DNA from: Octopus vulgaris
Taxonomy: Eukaryota
Direction of reading: 5' to 3'
DNA length: 64,000 bases
Assembly (NCBI GenBank): GCA_951406725.2
Contig: OX597814.1
Coordinates: 197,718,001 to 197,782,000 of the forward strand
Positions 25,844 to 41,845 of the stretch are shown here, one piece after another (within the stretch, counting starts at the first letter, position 1; the number at the start of each line of letters is the position of its first letter). Made by a program: the position numbers and the translations under genes. Under the pieces are notes generated by a model. It worked only from the letters and a program-made list of their open reading frames with translations. It had not been told where the DNA came from and ran no database searches.

Positions 25844-27823
25844 AGCTAGATTTAGATCTTGTCAAAAATGACCGCTCACACACACACACACGTCAAGAAC
25901 GGTTGCACCGAGAAACCCGTGCCGAAGCAAAATAGCAATTTTCTGCATGTAATACCGAAGCAGCTTGTCATCACGTTCTTGACACCACAAGTGATTCATC
26001 AATCACCGCCTTTCTTTTACTAACGTTCATTTTCCTACTTGCTATTCTACCCTATATTTTTTTTCATCCTCTTGTATTTCTAATCTATGGCATTTTGTTT
26101 TTCTTTCTCTTCATATTTCCCATCTATTTTTGTGGACATGCTTTTTCGTTCTCAGCATTAAAAAAAAAAAACGATCATATTAGCATATCAACGGGTGTAT
26201 TTAACAAACTCCTTTTTTTAACTCAGTTCTCAACTTGATTTCCTCCAATGAGACTAATACCATTATGAGTAGCTGTTGTGTTTGTGTATGTGTGTGTACT
26301 TCAGTACTCAATGCCACAACATCACGCATGGGATTCTGGACATTTTCGACAGCCGAACCAGTTTTCCATATCTCAAGGTTGTTAGCAGAAACTCTTAAAA
26401 GCCAGATTATATAATTAACATTGGTCTTGAAAACACCAGGGTATTATTGAAATCCCATTAAGATACTTCCATTGACAACTATTGCAACCGGGTATGTTTT
26501 GAAATAAATAAAAGTGGATGGATCTCCGTCGATTTCGACGATCAGGATTCGACTGACCGATCAAATGAATCGCTTGCTCATTGGTTTAGCGTGGTAAGAA
26601 GCTTGATTCCCAACCACATGGTTCCGGGTTCAGTCCCACTGCGTGGTACCTTGCGCAAGTACCTCACAGTGACGTGCACCAGTGATCTAACATCGGGGTA
26701 GAATCAACGTGAAACAATGCATGTCAAGGTTTTACCTGTAAATTACGGGTACGATAGGTCAGATGGAATTCCGAAGAGTTTTCGTTAACCCATTCCCCTA
26801 TCAATACCTGGCTCAGATAACATTTTAAGAATCCATTTATCCATGATGTCATGCCACGGTATCGAACTCCGAGCCTCGTGACTGCGAAGCAAACCTCTGG
26901 ACTATTTCAATATGTTGCATCAACACCTTTCAGAATACAAAATTCTATAATTTTTTTCAGTCATTTGACTGCGTCCATGCTGGAGCACCTCCTTTAATCG
27001 AACAAATCTACTCCAGGACTTATTCTTTGTAAGCCTAGTACTTATTCTATCGGTTATAGGGACATAAACACACCAACGTTGGTTGTCAAGCGATGTTGGG
27101 GGGACAAACCCAGACACACATACATATATACATTTATACGACGGGCTTCTTTCAGTTTCCGTCTACCAAATCCACTCACAAGGCTTTGGTCGACCCGAGG
27201 CTATAGACACTTGCCCAAGGTGCCATGCAAGTGTCTATTAATCATTTTATTATTGAGAAATATAGAAAAAGGAGGCGATCTGGTAGAATCGTGGTACTCT
27301 CGACAAAATGCCCAGCGGCAGTTCTTCCCTTTCTACGTTCTGGGTTCAAGTTCTACCAAGGCTGGTTTTACCTTCATTCTCTCGCTAAGTACCAGTTTAA
27401 CATCGTAATTTCAATCTTTGTGCCTAGAGCAAAAAAGATTAAGAATTACAAGCCAATTATATTTATCATAATTAATAACACTCCTCAGTAACAGTTTTAT
27501 GTTTTAATTAATTAGTATAAATTCCGCGTGACAAGTAGGATTAATTATTTGGCTTATCTTAATCTGAAATATCTATCAGTGTGTTAATATCCCAATTGAC
27601 TTTATACTTAGAAAATCTGTCTGGGATAAAAGACACACTCCGATAAATAGTCGCTGACAAAGAGATTTTGAAATCAATACTGAAACTTCATGTATGCAAC
27701 ACGGACAAACACACACATGCATACACACAAACAAACAAACACACACACATACACACGCATGCAGAATTGGCAAAACATTCTGGCCGTCAACAGATTGTTT
27801 GAAATCGTTCCAGTAGCTATATA

Positions 27824-27880
<57 letters not shown>

Positions 27881-28052
27881 TGATAAATAGACAGGCAGAC
27901 AGACAGATAGTTGTGTGTATGTATGTACAGATAGATAGATAGATAGATAGGTTGATAGATTGATAGATAGATAGATAGGTTGATAAACAGATAGATATTT
28001 AGATAGATAGACAGATAGATAGGTTGGTAGATAGATAGGTTGGTAGACAGAC

Positions 28053-28095
<43 letters not shown>

Positions 28096-28899
28096 CTAAG
28101 AGGCATCTCAAATAATTCATATTCTTTCTACCTAGAATTTATAAAACACAGCATTCAGCTTACATTAATGACATCATATTTCGTTAACTGCTATAGATCC
28201 TCGTAAAATAGTTTGATTTTTATAACGAGAAGATTTGCTTTCAATTATCCATAGAATTCTATATTACAATAAAAAAAACAATCATCTTATTTAGATAACC
28301 ACTATAAAAATAATTTAGTTTTGATCAGCCCCGCTTTAAAACGAGTAATATACTTTATCTCACCAGGGTTTTTTATCTCTGTATTATTCATGAACTGTTT
28401 ATTTCTAGTTCTTTCAAAACTATCTGAATTATTCGTATATTCATTCCGTACAGTAGTCTGTTCTGAAACTAATAAACACACACATTTATGTATATAAACA
28501 CGCACACATACACACACACACACACATACGTGTGTATGTATATATATTTATATATATATATATATATGTACACACACACACATACGATAAACAATCAGGA
28601 GATATGAGAAGTGAATAGTTATTTAACCACCCGTTATCCTTAGGCTTACAGCTGTTTCACAACATCCATCGAGTAGTAGCAATTTCGGTATATTCTTTTA
28701 TTCTTTTTCTTTTACTTGTTACAATCATTTGACTGCGGCCATGCTGGAACACTGTATTTAGTCGAACAATTCGAGTCCAAGACGTATTTATTCTATCCAC
28801 CCCCTTTTGCTAAATCGCTAGTTTACGGGATGATAAACGCATCAACATTGATTGTCAAGCGATGGGATTGGGACAAACACAGACACGACACACAAACAT

Positions 28900-28956
<57 letters not shown>

Positions 28957-29692
28957 CGAAGGGCTTCTTTCAGTTTCCGTCTTCCAAATCCACTCACAAA
29001 GCTTTAGTCGTCTCGAGGCAAGAGTAGAATACATTTGCCCAAATGTTCACTGGACAAATTTCTTGAAAATTCCCAGACCAACCTCCTACACCCGGATATG
29101 TCTCCAACAATAATAACCCTTTGCTAGAGTGGGCTATGGTGCCCCATATATGACTAAAAGACTTCACCAGGTGGTGCTATTCAGTTAGACATGGCCTGGG
29201 CCTATACTGCCTGAAACCTATCAAAGTTAAGTGGCATTGCGGTGGTTGATGTTCATGGCCCCATCAATGTAAACGAGGTAAACAGAAATTGTATAGAAGT
29301 TTATCTTGTGTGTGTGTGTGTGCGCGCGTGTTTCTGTCTCTGTATGTGGTTGTTTCTTCATGTTTGTCTCCCTTACCACCAACGCATGACAACTGGTATC
29401 GGTTTGGCTACGTCCTCATTACTTGGCAGTTTGTTGAGAAACCGGTAGAATAAGCACTAGATTTTTAAAATAAGTACTCAGGACGATTTGATCGACTAAA
29501 CCTTGCTATTTCATTGACTAAGCCCTTCGAGGCGATATCCCAGCATGGCCGCATTCCAATGACTGAAACAAGCGAAAGATAAGGAAACAGAATTATGAAG
29601 ATCTGTAAATTTTTGCCTTAAAATACAGAAATAAGTACATTCATAAATCGTGGGATTTCCATGGGTCTCTCTAATTATAACGATTAACATTT

Positions 29693-30110
29693 CTTATTTC
29701 TTTATTGCCCACAAGGAGCTAAACATAGAGGGGACAAACAAGGACAGACAAAGGGATTAAGTCGATTGCATCGACCCCAGTATGTAACTGGTACTTAATT
29801 TATCGACCCCGAAAGGATGTAAAGCAAAGTCGACCTCGGCGGAATTTGAACTCAGAATGTAGCGGCAGACGAAATACCTATTTCTTTACTACCCACAAGA
29901 GGTTAAACATAGAGAGGACAAACAAGGGCAGACGAACGGATTAAGTCGATTAGATCGACCCCAGTGCGTAACTGGTACTTATGTAATCGACCCCGAAAGG
30001 ATGAAAGGCAAAGTCGACCTCGGCGGAATTTGAACTCAGAACGTAGCGGCAGACGAAATACGGCTACGCATTTCGCCCGGCGTGCTAACGTTTCTGCCAG
30101 CTTGCCGCCT
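29693..30110 (-). mobile_element. Tandem SINE A dimer
   Basis: Two body and tail1 units behind one head. Confidence 0.9.
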
Positions 30111-31513
30111 TAACATTTCTTTTAACACATAAACACCCGTTGGGTGTCTCTTGTGTATGTATAGGGTGCCTGGGAAAATATATTGTTTGTTTTGCACATT
30201 GTCGGTAAGCGGTATTTGGTGGGGAGTAGGAGAATTAAAAATAATTTTGGTAATGAATGTTTGGTAATGAATCTTTTTTTTTTTTTGTTCTTTTATTTCT
30301 AATTAGAAATATTGCTTGGCAACGTAGAAGTCATCGATTATCATGTTCTAATCACCAGAAAGGTCATCAATTAGAATGGTCTAATGATTAATTCAATAGC
30401 ATGATGCTTCTCCTTACATCTAACTTAATTAACCATGAATAAATAAAAGAAGTTAATTTCACCGGAAACCGAAACTCGTCTTAGCGGTTCTCTTTTTCAG
30501 TAGTCACTCATCTTTCTATAGAATCACATTTACTATGTTATTAGCGTGACAGACATACTACATATTGAGATTCGTGCTGTCAGGAAAAGAAGACTTGCAG
30601 AATAAGAATTTCATTCACTGCTCTATCATTATTAGCTATAAGAACTTTTAGTTCTATATGCAACAAATTCCTCTTCACGAATGTATTCCTGACAGAATTC
30701 TTCCTCAGAACTGAAGAATCTAAACAATCCCCATTCACCGGCACCTCACTCCATATTGTCTTTTATCAAACCTAAACACATACATTAATCATTTTCAATC
30801 CGTTTCGTTTACTCTGTTTAAATATATGTCTGAAGAACTTAGTTAAGTTCTGCCAAAACTTAATTACAGACATGTTGTTCTTGTTGCTACTGCTGCTGCT
30901 TCCGCTGTTGTTGTTGTTGTTGTTGTTAACGGTGGTGATGCTGGTGGTGTTAGTGCACTGGTGGTAATGGTGATGGTGGTAGTAATGGTATTGTTGACCG
31001 ACCTTAGATCAGCTTCTATCAAGAAGACCAGATCAACCTCTGATAATACCATCAGTTTTTATTTTTATCAGGCATTCTGCTCCTAAGAGTACAATACCAA
31101 ATATATACGACCTTTTAAAGATGGTAGGAATATTTGGCTGCTATTTCTAGGAAGTCGAGTGACGACTTGATGCTCTCTCATTGGCTCATCAACATAACAC
31201 ATACACATATGGGCTTAAGTAGTGATAGTGGTGGTGGTGGATTTGGTGATGCGCTAGGGCAGGAACGAAAAGGCACATGATCATAAGCTTCCTTCGTTAC
31301 AATCTCGTCTTCTTTTGGGGAAAATCTCTTGGAATTCATTATCCAAAATGTTCTTCCAAAATTTTAAGATGGTAGGGCGAGATTTGAGAGAAAGTTGCTT
31401 GCTATTTTTAACAGATTCAATACAAACTATGAACTCCCTAAATGGTTTCATAAAAGTCCATGGGAAACTTAGCCTAAATTTTACGCTAAACTTACACAAT
31501 ATTTGATGTAGAT

Positions 31514-31558
<45 letters not shown>

Positions 31559-33129
31559 AGATATAGTTCTTTAAACATACGAGATGCATTAGAACCTAAA
31601 TATTCTGCGTCAAACAAACGCATGGAAATACAGAGAAAACAAATACGAAGAAAAACAAAAACAATGATCAACATTGTGAAGTTAATGAAATACTCCGTTA
31701 AGGAAAAGGCAATCTATTGACGTTTCGGAAATTAGTGCGTTGTCAGCGTAAATGGAATTCTGCAATGAAGAGAACTGAACTAGCGTTATAATGTTTATTA
31801 ATCTATTAATGTAAAGAGTTCACAAGGCGGCGAGCTGTCAGAAAAGTTAGCACGCTGGGCGAAATGCTAAGCAGTATTTCGTGTGTCTTTACGTTCTGAG
31901 TTCAAATTCCGCCGAGGTCGATTTTGCCTTTCATCCTTTCGAGGTAGGTAAATTAAGTACCAGTTGCCTACTGAGGTCGATCTAATCGACTGCCCCCTAC
32001 CCGAAAATTTCGGGTCTCGTACCCGGAGTAGAACAGACTATAAACTGTTCCCTTTTTTCTTATGTATTGTACATTTCGCCTGAAATTGCGTTTTCTCGCC
32101 GTCTTCAGATGGTAACATACAACATATGCGCATGTGCATAATATGTGTGCGTGTGGCTTTAGTTATAAATGTATGTGTGTATATAAGAGTGTGTAGATAA
32201 ATAATAAAAAACGGAATTAATGACATCCTTTATTTAAAATCTTTACAGCTGTTTCGACATATTCTCACACCTTTAGTACATTGGTGAGATTTAATTAATG
32301 TCTCGCATCCAAGGACGAGCTTTGCAAAGCATTCTACAAGGTTTTACCCGAATATTACTTAGAAGCATGTAAAGGTGAGGTACCGACGAGAACAGGTGTA
32401 GTTCTCGGGCCACTATCGGTCTCGTTTGCTAAGTTACGGGGACGTAAACAAACCAACACTGGTTATCAAATGGTAGTAACGACAAACACCAACACACATA
32501 CACATATACGTAGATATATATACTCACACACACATATATATTTATATCTTTATTCACATACGACGGGTTTCCTCTCAGTTTATGTCTACGATTCGGAAGG
32601 CATTGGTCGGCATGGATTATAGAGCTTTTGTTGAAAACGCTTGATTGAGATGCTGTTTAATGGGACTGAACCCAAATCCACATGGTTGCAAAGCCTTTTT
32701 TTTTACCACACAGCCATATCGGCAACATTACCAACACTCACAACTACGTGGCGATGCACGTTAAAAAGGAAAAGAAGATGAAGGCAACTTATGACGCTAA
32801 TCCAATCCGAATCGAATCAGGGCATGTATTTGTAAATATGTGTATTTCTGTGTTTGCCTGCGTAGGCCTGTGTTTTAAGTATTGTCGTAGCTTTACCGAA
32901 AAATATATTATTACATAAATACAGGGTGTGCATGTGTTTGTAGAGAGAGAGAGAAAGAGACAGGGAGAGCTATGTTAAAGCTGCAATCTTTTAAAATAAG
33001 TATTCATTATAGATATATTTACCTGACGAATTCACTAAATCACAAATATAATATATATGTGTGTGTATACATTGTATACGCGAACTAAATGCATATATAT
33101 ATAGAGACAGAGATAGATATATGGATATT

Positions 33130-33704
33130 TAGATTTTAGAGAGAGAGAGATACATGCATATATATAGCATGTGATCAAGTATATATATATATGTGATCAC
33201 ATATATATATGTATGCATGCATGTATGTATATATTCATTCATATACACATATATATATACATACATATGCACATATATATGTATACATACATATGCACAT
33301 ATATATGTATACATATATGTACGTATATGTATATATATATGTATACATATATGTATATGTATATATGTATATATGTGTGTGTATATGTATATATGTATAT
33401 ATATGTCTCTATGTGTGTATATGTGTATATATATATATATGTCTATGTGTATATGTCTATATATGTATATATATCTATATATGTATATATATGTATATAT
33501 ATATGTATATATATATATGTCTATATATGTATATATGTATATATATATGTATACGTGTATATATATATGTATATATGTATATATATATGTATACGTGTAT
33601 ATATATATGTATATATATATATATGTACACATACATTAATTTATCTGTATGTGTGTATGTGTGTGTGTATACATAAATATATATGTTTATATATCTATGT
33701 ATAT

Positions 33705-33749
<45 letters not shown>

Positions 33750-33770
33750 TACGTACACGTATGTATATCA
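33130..33770. repeat. Degenerate (TA)n/(TATG)n microsatellite
   Basis: Seen directly. Confidence 0.95.
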
Positions 33771-33985
33771 ACACTGAAAGAAAGACCGCTCTCGGCGAAA
33801 CTTGCAAGTCGCAGTTACTTTTTTCTCTTCAATAAATATCAAGATTCTACTTTAAGTCATTTGCACAGTTAACGTTTCATAATATTTTCGTTATTTTTTT
33901 TATCGTTTTGTATTATTTACCTTGTGTAACGATTAATTCATAACGTGTGCTTCTCCATACGTATATCCACCACTGATAACACACA

Positions 33986-34046
<61 letters not shown>

Positions 34047-34412
34047 GTGTGTGTGTGTATGTCTATATATTATATATGGTAGATATACACACATATAGAA
34101 ATTGATGTTTATGTGCGTTTAGTGTGTATGTGTATTATTAGAAATGACACGGAAATATATTTGTATATATTCATTTTTCCATATGTCAAGCAGTAAGTGG
34201 TAAAAAATAGAAAAAAAAATTGTTACAAACTAAGAGTATTGAAAATATTTTATCATCTCTATTTGTTATTATGTGACTTCTGGCATATATACAAATATAT
34301 TCTTGTGAGGATATGTGTGTATATTCACATATTACATATAGATAAATACCTGCATGTACTTAGATGCGTGTGTGTGTGGGTGTGTATGTATGTATATATG
34401 TATGAATGTATG

Positions 34413-34445
<33 letters not shown>

Positions 34446-34940
34446 ATATAAATGTGTGTTTGTGTGTGTGTGTAAGAAAGCCTGCATACAAAGGTACGGA
34501 TCACCTCTCGCGTGTTCATAGTGTTTATATCTTTGTGTGAAAGTAAGATTGCTTGTCGACGTTTATTAAGGTGATACCTTTATATACCCTGCATTTGCTT
34601 ACGTGCATATGTGTGTATAATGTATATATATGTGTGTGTGTGTATATATATGTGTGTGTATATATATGTATGTATACATACACAGATGTATACATTTTTA
34701 TGTGCATATATTTATGTACATGTATGTGATCATGTATGTATGTACATATTGTAATGCATGCTAGTGTGTGTATCTGTGTATGTATACATGTGAATATATA
34801 TATTATACACACACACATGTGGGTATGCGTATGTATATGTGCTTGTGCGCGCTCATGCGCCTGTGTATGCGTTTATCTGTATTGAAATATCGCTACTCTC
34901 ATCATGTATGAATACATATCTTTATTCATTTATTTATATA

Positions 34941-34978
<38 letters not shown>

Positions 34979-35398
34979 CACACATATTCATATATATGTA
35001 TGTGTGTGTGTATGTGTGCATTTTTATTCGCTTGTATTAATGAAAGGCGTACAAATGCAGACTCAATTATATGTGTATATAAAGAGAGGAAAAAAATAGA
35101 CACAGAGGCGAATTAAGTGTTTTCTTTTTCGTTTAGTTCCATTTTACAATGAATGCAGTAAAATCTTTGTAGTTTACATTTAATACAACCTACATAATAG
35201 ATGTATTTATTGAAGTTATAAGCTGTCAATGTGGAAAGTTTTATGCTCTCCGTATTTGAGTTAAATTGTTGTTGATAGCCTGACAGCATTTTGTATTTAA
35301 ATAATCTGCAGAAAAATTTCCTTAATATACGTGTGTGTGTGTGTGTGAGTGTGTGTATGTATATATGTATGCATTTATGTTTGTGTATAGGTATATGA

Positions 35399-35447
<49 letters not shown>

Positions 35448-35452
<5 letters not shown>

Positions 35453-37225
35453 AGGCGCAATGGCCCAGTGGTTAGGGCAGCGGACTCGCTGTCGTAGGAT
35501 CGCGGTTTCGATTCCGAGACCGGGCGTCGTGAGTGATTATTGAGCGAAAACACCTAAAGCTCCGGCAGGGGATGGTGGCGATCCCTGCTGTACTCTTTCG
35601 CCACAAATTTCTCTCACTCTTTCTAAAACAATGCGAAACGCATTGTGACCAGCGATGTATAGCAGCATCTGATAGTCTAGTCGGTCACGGTGATCACGCT
35701 GATATATATATATATATATATAGGCGGGCTGGCAGAAACGTTAGCACGCCGGGCGAAATGCGTAGCCGTATTTCGTCTGCCGCTACGTTCTGAGTTCAAA
35801 TTCTGCCGAGGTCGACTTTGCCTTTCATCCTTTCAGGGTCGATAAATTAAGTACCAGTTACGCACTGGGTCGATATAATCGTCTTAATCCGTTTGTCTGT
35901 CCTTGTTTGTCCTCTTTGTGTTTAGCCCCTTGTGGGTAGTAAAGATATAGAGTATGGATGGATGGATAGATAGATAGATAGATAGATTAGGCGGGCTGGC
36001 AGAAACGTTAGCATGCCGGGCGATATGCTTAGCGTTATTTCGTCTGCCGTTACGTTCTGAGTCAAATTCCGCCGACGTCGACTCTGCCTTTCATCCTTTC
36101 GGGGTCGATAAATTAAGTACCAGTTGCGTGCTGGGTCGATCCAATCGACTGGTCCCCTCTCCAAAAATTTCGGGCCTTGTGCCAATAGTAGAATAGAATA
36201 TATATATTTTGAAGAATTAGTTGAGCAAACCGATCGCGGAAGTATGGAAGTATATATATGCCCATATAACATATTACAGGCGCAGGAGTGGCTGCGCGGT
36301 AAGAAGTTTTCTTCTTGACCATACGGTTCCTGGTTCAGTCCCAGTGCTTGGCACCCTGAGCAAGTATCTTCTACTCTAGCTTCGGTCTGACCAAACCTTT
36401 GTGAGTGGATTTGGTGGGCGGAAACTGAAAGAATCCCGTCGTATATGTGCGCGCTCGCGTTTTGTGCGTGTGTCGGTGCATGTATGTGTGTGCGCGTGTG
36501 TGTTTGTTTGTACCCTGCCATCGCTTGACAACCGCTGTTGGCGTGTTTACATCCCCGTAGCCTAACGGTTCGATAAAAGAGACTGAGAGAATAACAAGGT
36601 TTTTAAAAGTATGTACTGCGATCGATTCGTTCGATAAAAAAAAATTCTTGAAGGCGTTGCTGCAGCATGGCCGTACTTCTGTGAAACAAGAAAAAGATTG
36701 AGAGAGAGAGAGAATTTCTACATGCTGCAGGAAATGCTTTGAGTGCCCTTCGTTTGAGTTCCCATCTTTCGGCAAGCCCTGAAAAGGAACATCACATAAG
36801 ATTTTGTGTTCTGAAGTTTTAGGGAGACTCTTTTACTCTTTTACTTGTTTCAGTCATTTGACTGCGGCCATGCTGCAGCACAACCTTTTAGTCGAGCAAA
36901 TCGACCCCAGGACTTATTCTTTGTAAGCCTAGTACTTATTCTATCGGTCTTTTTTGCCGAACCGCTAAGTTGCGGGGACGTAAACAAACCACCATCGGTT
37001 GTCAAGCGATGTTGGGGGTGGACAAACACAGATACAAAAACAAACACATAGACATACACATACATAGATATATACGACGGGCTTCTTTCAGTTTCCGTCT
37101 ACCAAATGCACCCACAAGACTTTGGTCGGCCCGAGGCTATAGTAGAAGACACTTGTCCAAGGTGCCACACAGTGGGACTAAACCCGGAACTATGTGTTCG
37201 TAAGCAAGCTACTTACCACACAGCC
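35448..37225. mobile_element. SINE cluster: C (35448-35700 +), two A (35722-36195 +), B (36278-36700 +), B (36828-37225 -)
   Basis: Family-diagnostic heads and tails as described for the copies above. Confidence 0.85.
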
Positions 37226-37519
37226 AAAAAAATCCGCGATGTACTGAGTGCGTGATAGGTGGACCGCAATGTAGCGAGAGAATACTGTATACATGTACAT
37301 GTTTGCCTGTAATTTTTTATTTAAAAACTGAGTGCTCAATACGCATCTGCGTTAAAAGTATATAGAATGTGTTGTTATTGTGTATTAATAATTCCAGTTA
37401 TTACTTCAAAACTAACCGTTTCGTGCGGTCGATGTTGGTTCACGAAATTGAACTGAAAGATGAACCAAAGCTGTACCTCCAAGGTTCCTATGCGTCTGTT
37501 TCCTACATGTATGTATTTA

Positions 37520-37554
<35 letters not shown>

Positions 37555-37908
37555 GTGTGTGTGCGGGCTTGTGTGCACGTATGTCTGTGTTTATAAATAC
37601 GCACACAATTTTACATATGTACATACACATTTATATATAGAAACATGTATATATTGTTATGTAGAGAAAGATAAATACATAGAGAGAGAGAGACATAGAC
37701 AGAGAGAACGAAAGGAAGGAAGGAAGAAAGGGGAGTGAGAGAAGGAAGGAAGGAAGGAAGGAAGGAGAGTGAGGGAAGGAGAACAAGAGAAGGAAATGTA
37801 CCATCATAACCTTTGAATGTGCAATAATAGATGACGATTTAGTTATCAACAAAGCGACTGGTTTTATACAGAGAAAAGGTACGTTCTTTCTATTCATTAG
37901 TTTCTCGG

Positions 37909-37909
<1 letters not shown>

Positions 37910-37977
<68 letters not shown>

Positions 37978-38483
37978 GTATATATGTGTGTGTATATATG
38001 TATATATATGTATATATTTATGTATATTTATGTATATATATATGTATATATATATATGTATATGTGTATATGTATATATGTATATATTTATATGTGTATA
38101 TGTATATATGTATATATTTATATATGTATATATTTGTATATGTACGTATATATATATGTATATAATTATGTATATATATGTATATATCTATGTATATATA
38201 TGTATATATCTATGTATATATATGTGTATATATGTATGTGTATATATGTATATGTATATATGTATATATTTGTATAGGTATATATATATATGTATATATT
38301 TGTTATGTATATATATATGTATATATTTGCATATGTATATATATATATGTGTGTGTGTGTATACATTTATACATGTGTATATATATATGTATATATATAT
38401 GTATATATTTGTATATATGTTTATATATATATGTATATATGTATGTATATATGTGTATGTATATATGTGTATGTATATATATG

Positions 38484-38570
<87 letters not shown>
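37910..38570. repeat. Compound (TA)n/(TG)n microsatellite
   Basis: Seen directly. Confidence 0.95.
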
Positions 38571-38573
<3 letters not shown>

Positions 38574-39571
38574 GTGTTGAGGAGAAGAAATACATTAAAT
38601 TATTTCAATATGATCATACTGAATAGCTGATCGTTTCATTCAAAGGAACAACTTTTGATTTGTCGATATTCAATATAACTATTCATTTTGTATCAATATA
38701 GTTTATTGAATTTCTAAGTATTTTGTATTTTATTTTCTTGAAGAATGTGCCAATGTGTTTGATATTTACCATTTTCAAGAATTTGTACACAATAATGAGT
38801 TCATTTTTGAGACACGCACAAAAAAAGAAACGTACGGATTCATCAAGTCAAAAGTGACTTCGCAACTTCGCTTAAGATATAATTTCATTCGGTTTTCACT
38901 GAAACCCCATTGAAATATATCTTGTTTGGATTAGTTTGCAGTAAGCTTGTTATAACTTTCCGGTGGTCGCTATTGTTTTTGTTTCACTTGAAACAATAAC
39001 TAAGTAATTATATTGTTTCGGGAAAATAGTACGATATACTTACATGTACTTCTTTACCGATGAAATCTGCTTTCAAATAAGCGAATTTCTGCTTGGTTCA
39101 GCTTAAGCCAGCCTCTAACGGCGCCTGATATTATCAGCAAACAACCAACTGTAAACCATAACCAAAAATTAACAACTTCGTACGCTTAATTACTGATTCA
39201 GACAGATGTATATATACATAAATATATACATATACATATATATACATAATTATATACATATATACATACATATACAAATATATACATATATACATATACA
39301 AATATATACATATATACATATACACATATATACTTCTGTCTTTCCTATCATTATCAATGTGTTAACAACAGTGAGTAATATCACACTGGTAAAATATATA
39401 TTAAAATTAGATGGTTCCGGGTTCAGTCCCACTGCGAAGCACCTTGGGCAAGTGTCTTCTACTATTGCCTGGGGCCGACCATAGTCTTGTGAGTGGATTT
39501 CGTAGACGGTAACTGAACGGCATTTCGTCCGTCTTTACGTTATAACTATACTCAAACATATATTTTTGTAC

Positions 39572-39781
39572 GTGCAGGCGTGGCTTTGTAGGCGCAGGCG
39601 TGACTTTGTAGGTGCAGGCATGGCTGTGTGGGAAAAAGCTTGCTTCCCAACCACATGGTTCCTAGTTCAGTCTTATTGCATGGCACCCTGGGCGAGTGTC
39701 TTCTACTATAGCCTCGGGCCAATCAAAACCTTGTGAGCGGATTTGGTAGACGAAAACTTAAAGAAACCCGTCGTATGTATG

Positions 39782-39833
<52 letters not shown>

Positions 39834-40078
39834 TGTATGTATGTATGTATGTATGTATGCATGTATTTGTGTGTGTTGTGTGTGTTTTGTTTGTCCCTTA
39901 CCACCGCTTGACAATGGATGTTGACGTGTTTATGTCACCGTAACTTAGCGGTTCGACAGAATAAGTGCCAAACTTTAAAAAATATATGTACTGAAGTCGA
40001 TTCATTCGAGTAAAAATTCTTCAAGGCTCTGCCCCAGCATGGCCGCAGTCTAATGGCTGAAACAAGTAAAAGATAAAA
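39572..40078 (+). mobile_element. Full-length SINE B with triplicated 20 bp 5' end
   Basis: GYGCAGGCRTGRCTKTGT occurs three times, followed by a normal body and tail. Confidence 0.85.
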
Positions 40079-40449
40079 AAGAAATAGGATATAGCTGCAA
40101 TAAATTTTAACTATACTCTATATTTCTATTTCTGTGTGGCTGTAATCCATTATATAATCGAAAAACTAAGACTGTTCTCACGTCAGTAATTTATTTATAT
40201 TCTTACCTTTAGATTTCTAACCCAGAGGATTCCAGACTGTCGCAGCTCTGAAATGTGCCAATAATAATCGCCTAAGTTTGTCTCGAAATTAAGTTAAATC
40301 TGATCAATTGTTTATAAATATTTTGGCTGTGAAATATATTTGAAATTTGACAGGCCTATCTTGATAACGTGTAATATAATATTGAATTACCTACTTATTA
40401 ATTTCACTAATTTTATGTTCGATAAAATGGATAAGTTTGTATTCACAAA

Positions 40450-41700
40450 AGAAATTCTGTCGAAGATAATACGTAACTGCCAAAATCAACTGGACGTAGT
40501 GTTGACATGAAATTCTTCGAATGATGCCAAATATTCAGGAATATTGTTCTTTGCATTAAAGTCATGTATCCTACCGAATTATTGGTACCGCGACACGCAC
40601 AAGTGAAGGAAGACGAAATTTTAATAACATTTTTGCTAGGGTCGCTAGCCAAAAAGACGCTTGGACATACAACGGCTACAGGGAAAAAATGGCAAATGGA
40701 AAATATGGTACGATGGATAGTGTCTTCTTGCTCAATGAATACATTCAGGAAATGGCAAAACAATGAGGGAGTAACTTATGTGTATCTGGCTACAATAGAA
40801 ACTGGGACTTTCATTTGTCCACAAAAGAGTTGAAAGAACCCCTAATGGGTGCATGGACGTTGTCCTTATACTGAGATAGGAATGTATACCTGTTAACGTT
40901 TACGACCGAGAGAGATGAAAAGATAAGCGAAGTTGGTGCTGTCCAATGGTTGGTGTCGTAGAATAACAGGGGTGGCCGGAGGGTCGGGAATTAGGAAATT
41001 GGTAGAGTCATTTGACCGTTAATTCGTGTTCACATTCGTGATATAGTGAAGGATAGTGGTGAACACGAAGGTAACATCAAATAACGTTGTCGGGTTTGAA
41101 AAGACAAGAAAGTTCTGTGAACTCTGAAGAAAAGGTTATCTTGAAATCGGATCTCATTGTCGGGGATAAAAAGAAATCAGTTAGGATAATCGTTTGGGGA
41201 GAAAGCCCAATTACTGAAAGAGTTATCTTTCTTTTATTTTTTACTTGTTTCAGTCATTAGACTTCGGCCCGAGGCTATAGGAGAAGACACTCGCTCAAGG
41301 TGCCACACAGTGTAACTGAACCCGGAACCATGTGGAGATTTTTATACCCGAAAGAGCTGGTAATTCGGAGAGAAAGAGGAAATGGTTGGCAATAAGAGAT
41401 GAACTAATAGCAACAGCATATCCTTACTTTGGAAACTGCTGTTTTCAAATTAGTGCCGATCTCAGTTCCGAGAATAGTAAAAAAAAACTTGTCCCTTTCA
41501 CGGTTTCTAGGGCCAACAGCCAGGGAGCCCAAGGGCTCCTTCCTAAGGGTACCACCCCACCATTTTGCGAATATGATGAGTATATTAAGTATAGAGAATA
41601 GTAGAAAATTGTCCCGAATGGAAAACAGTGGAAAAGAAGTGGCGAATGAAATGAGTCCAAAATAAAGGCGTGAAATACCAACGAAAAGGATGTCACGGGG
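40450..41700 (-). mobile_element. Possible highly decayed Penelope-like (GIY-YIG) element
   Basis: Minus-strand remnants FPCSRC and KISSSFTC resemble the Cys-rich linker preceding the PLE GIY-YIG domain; weak evidence. Confidence 0.3.
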
Positions 41701-41845
41701 TCACATTGAGGAGGAAAAAATACGACCAACATTCAAAAAGACTCACACTTTCTAAATGAAATTGGGAAGATGGAAACTGTACGGAAGCCCATCGGATAGA
41801 TTGTACGTGTAATTCAAATGGTACGGCTTTGTCAAACGCACAGCA

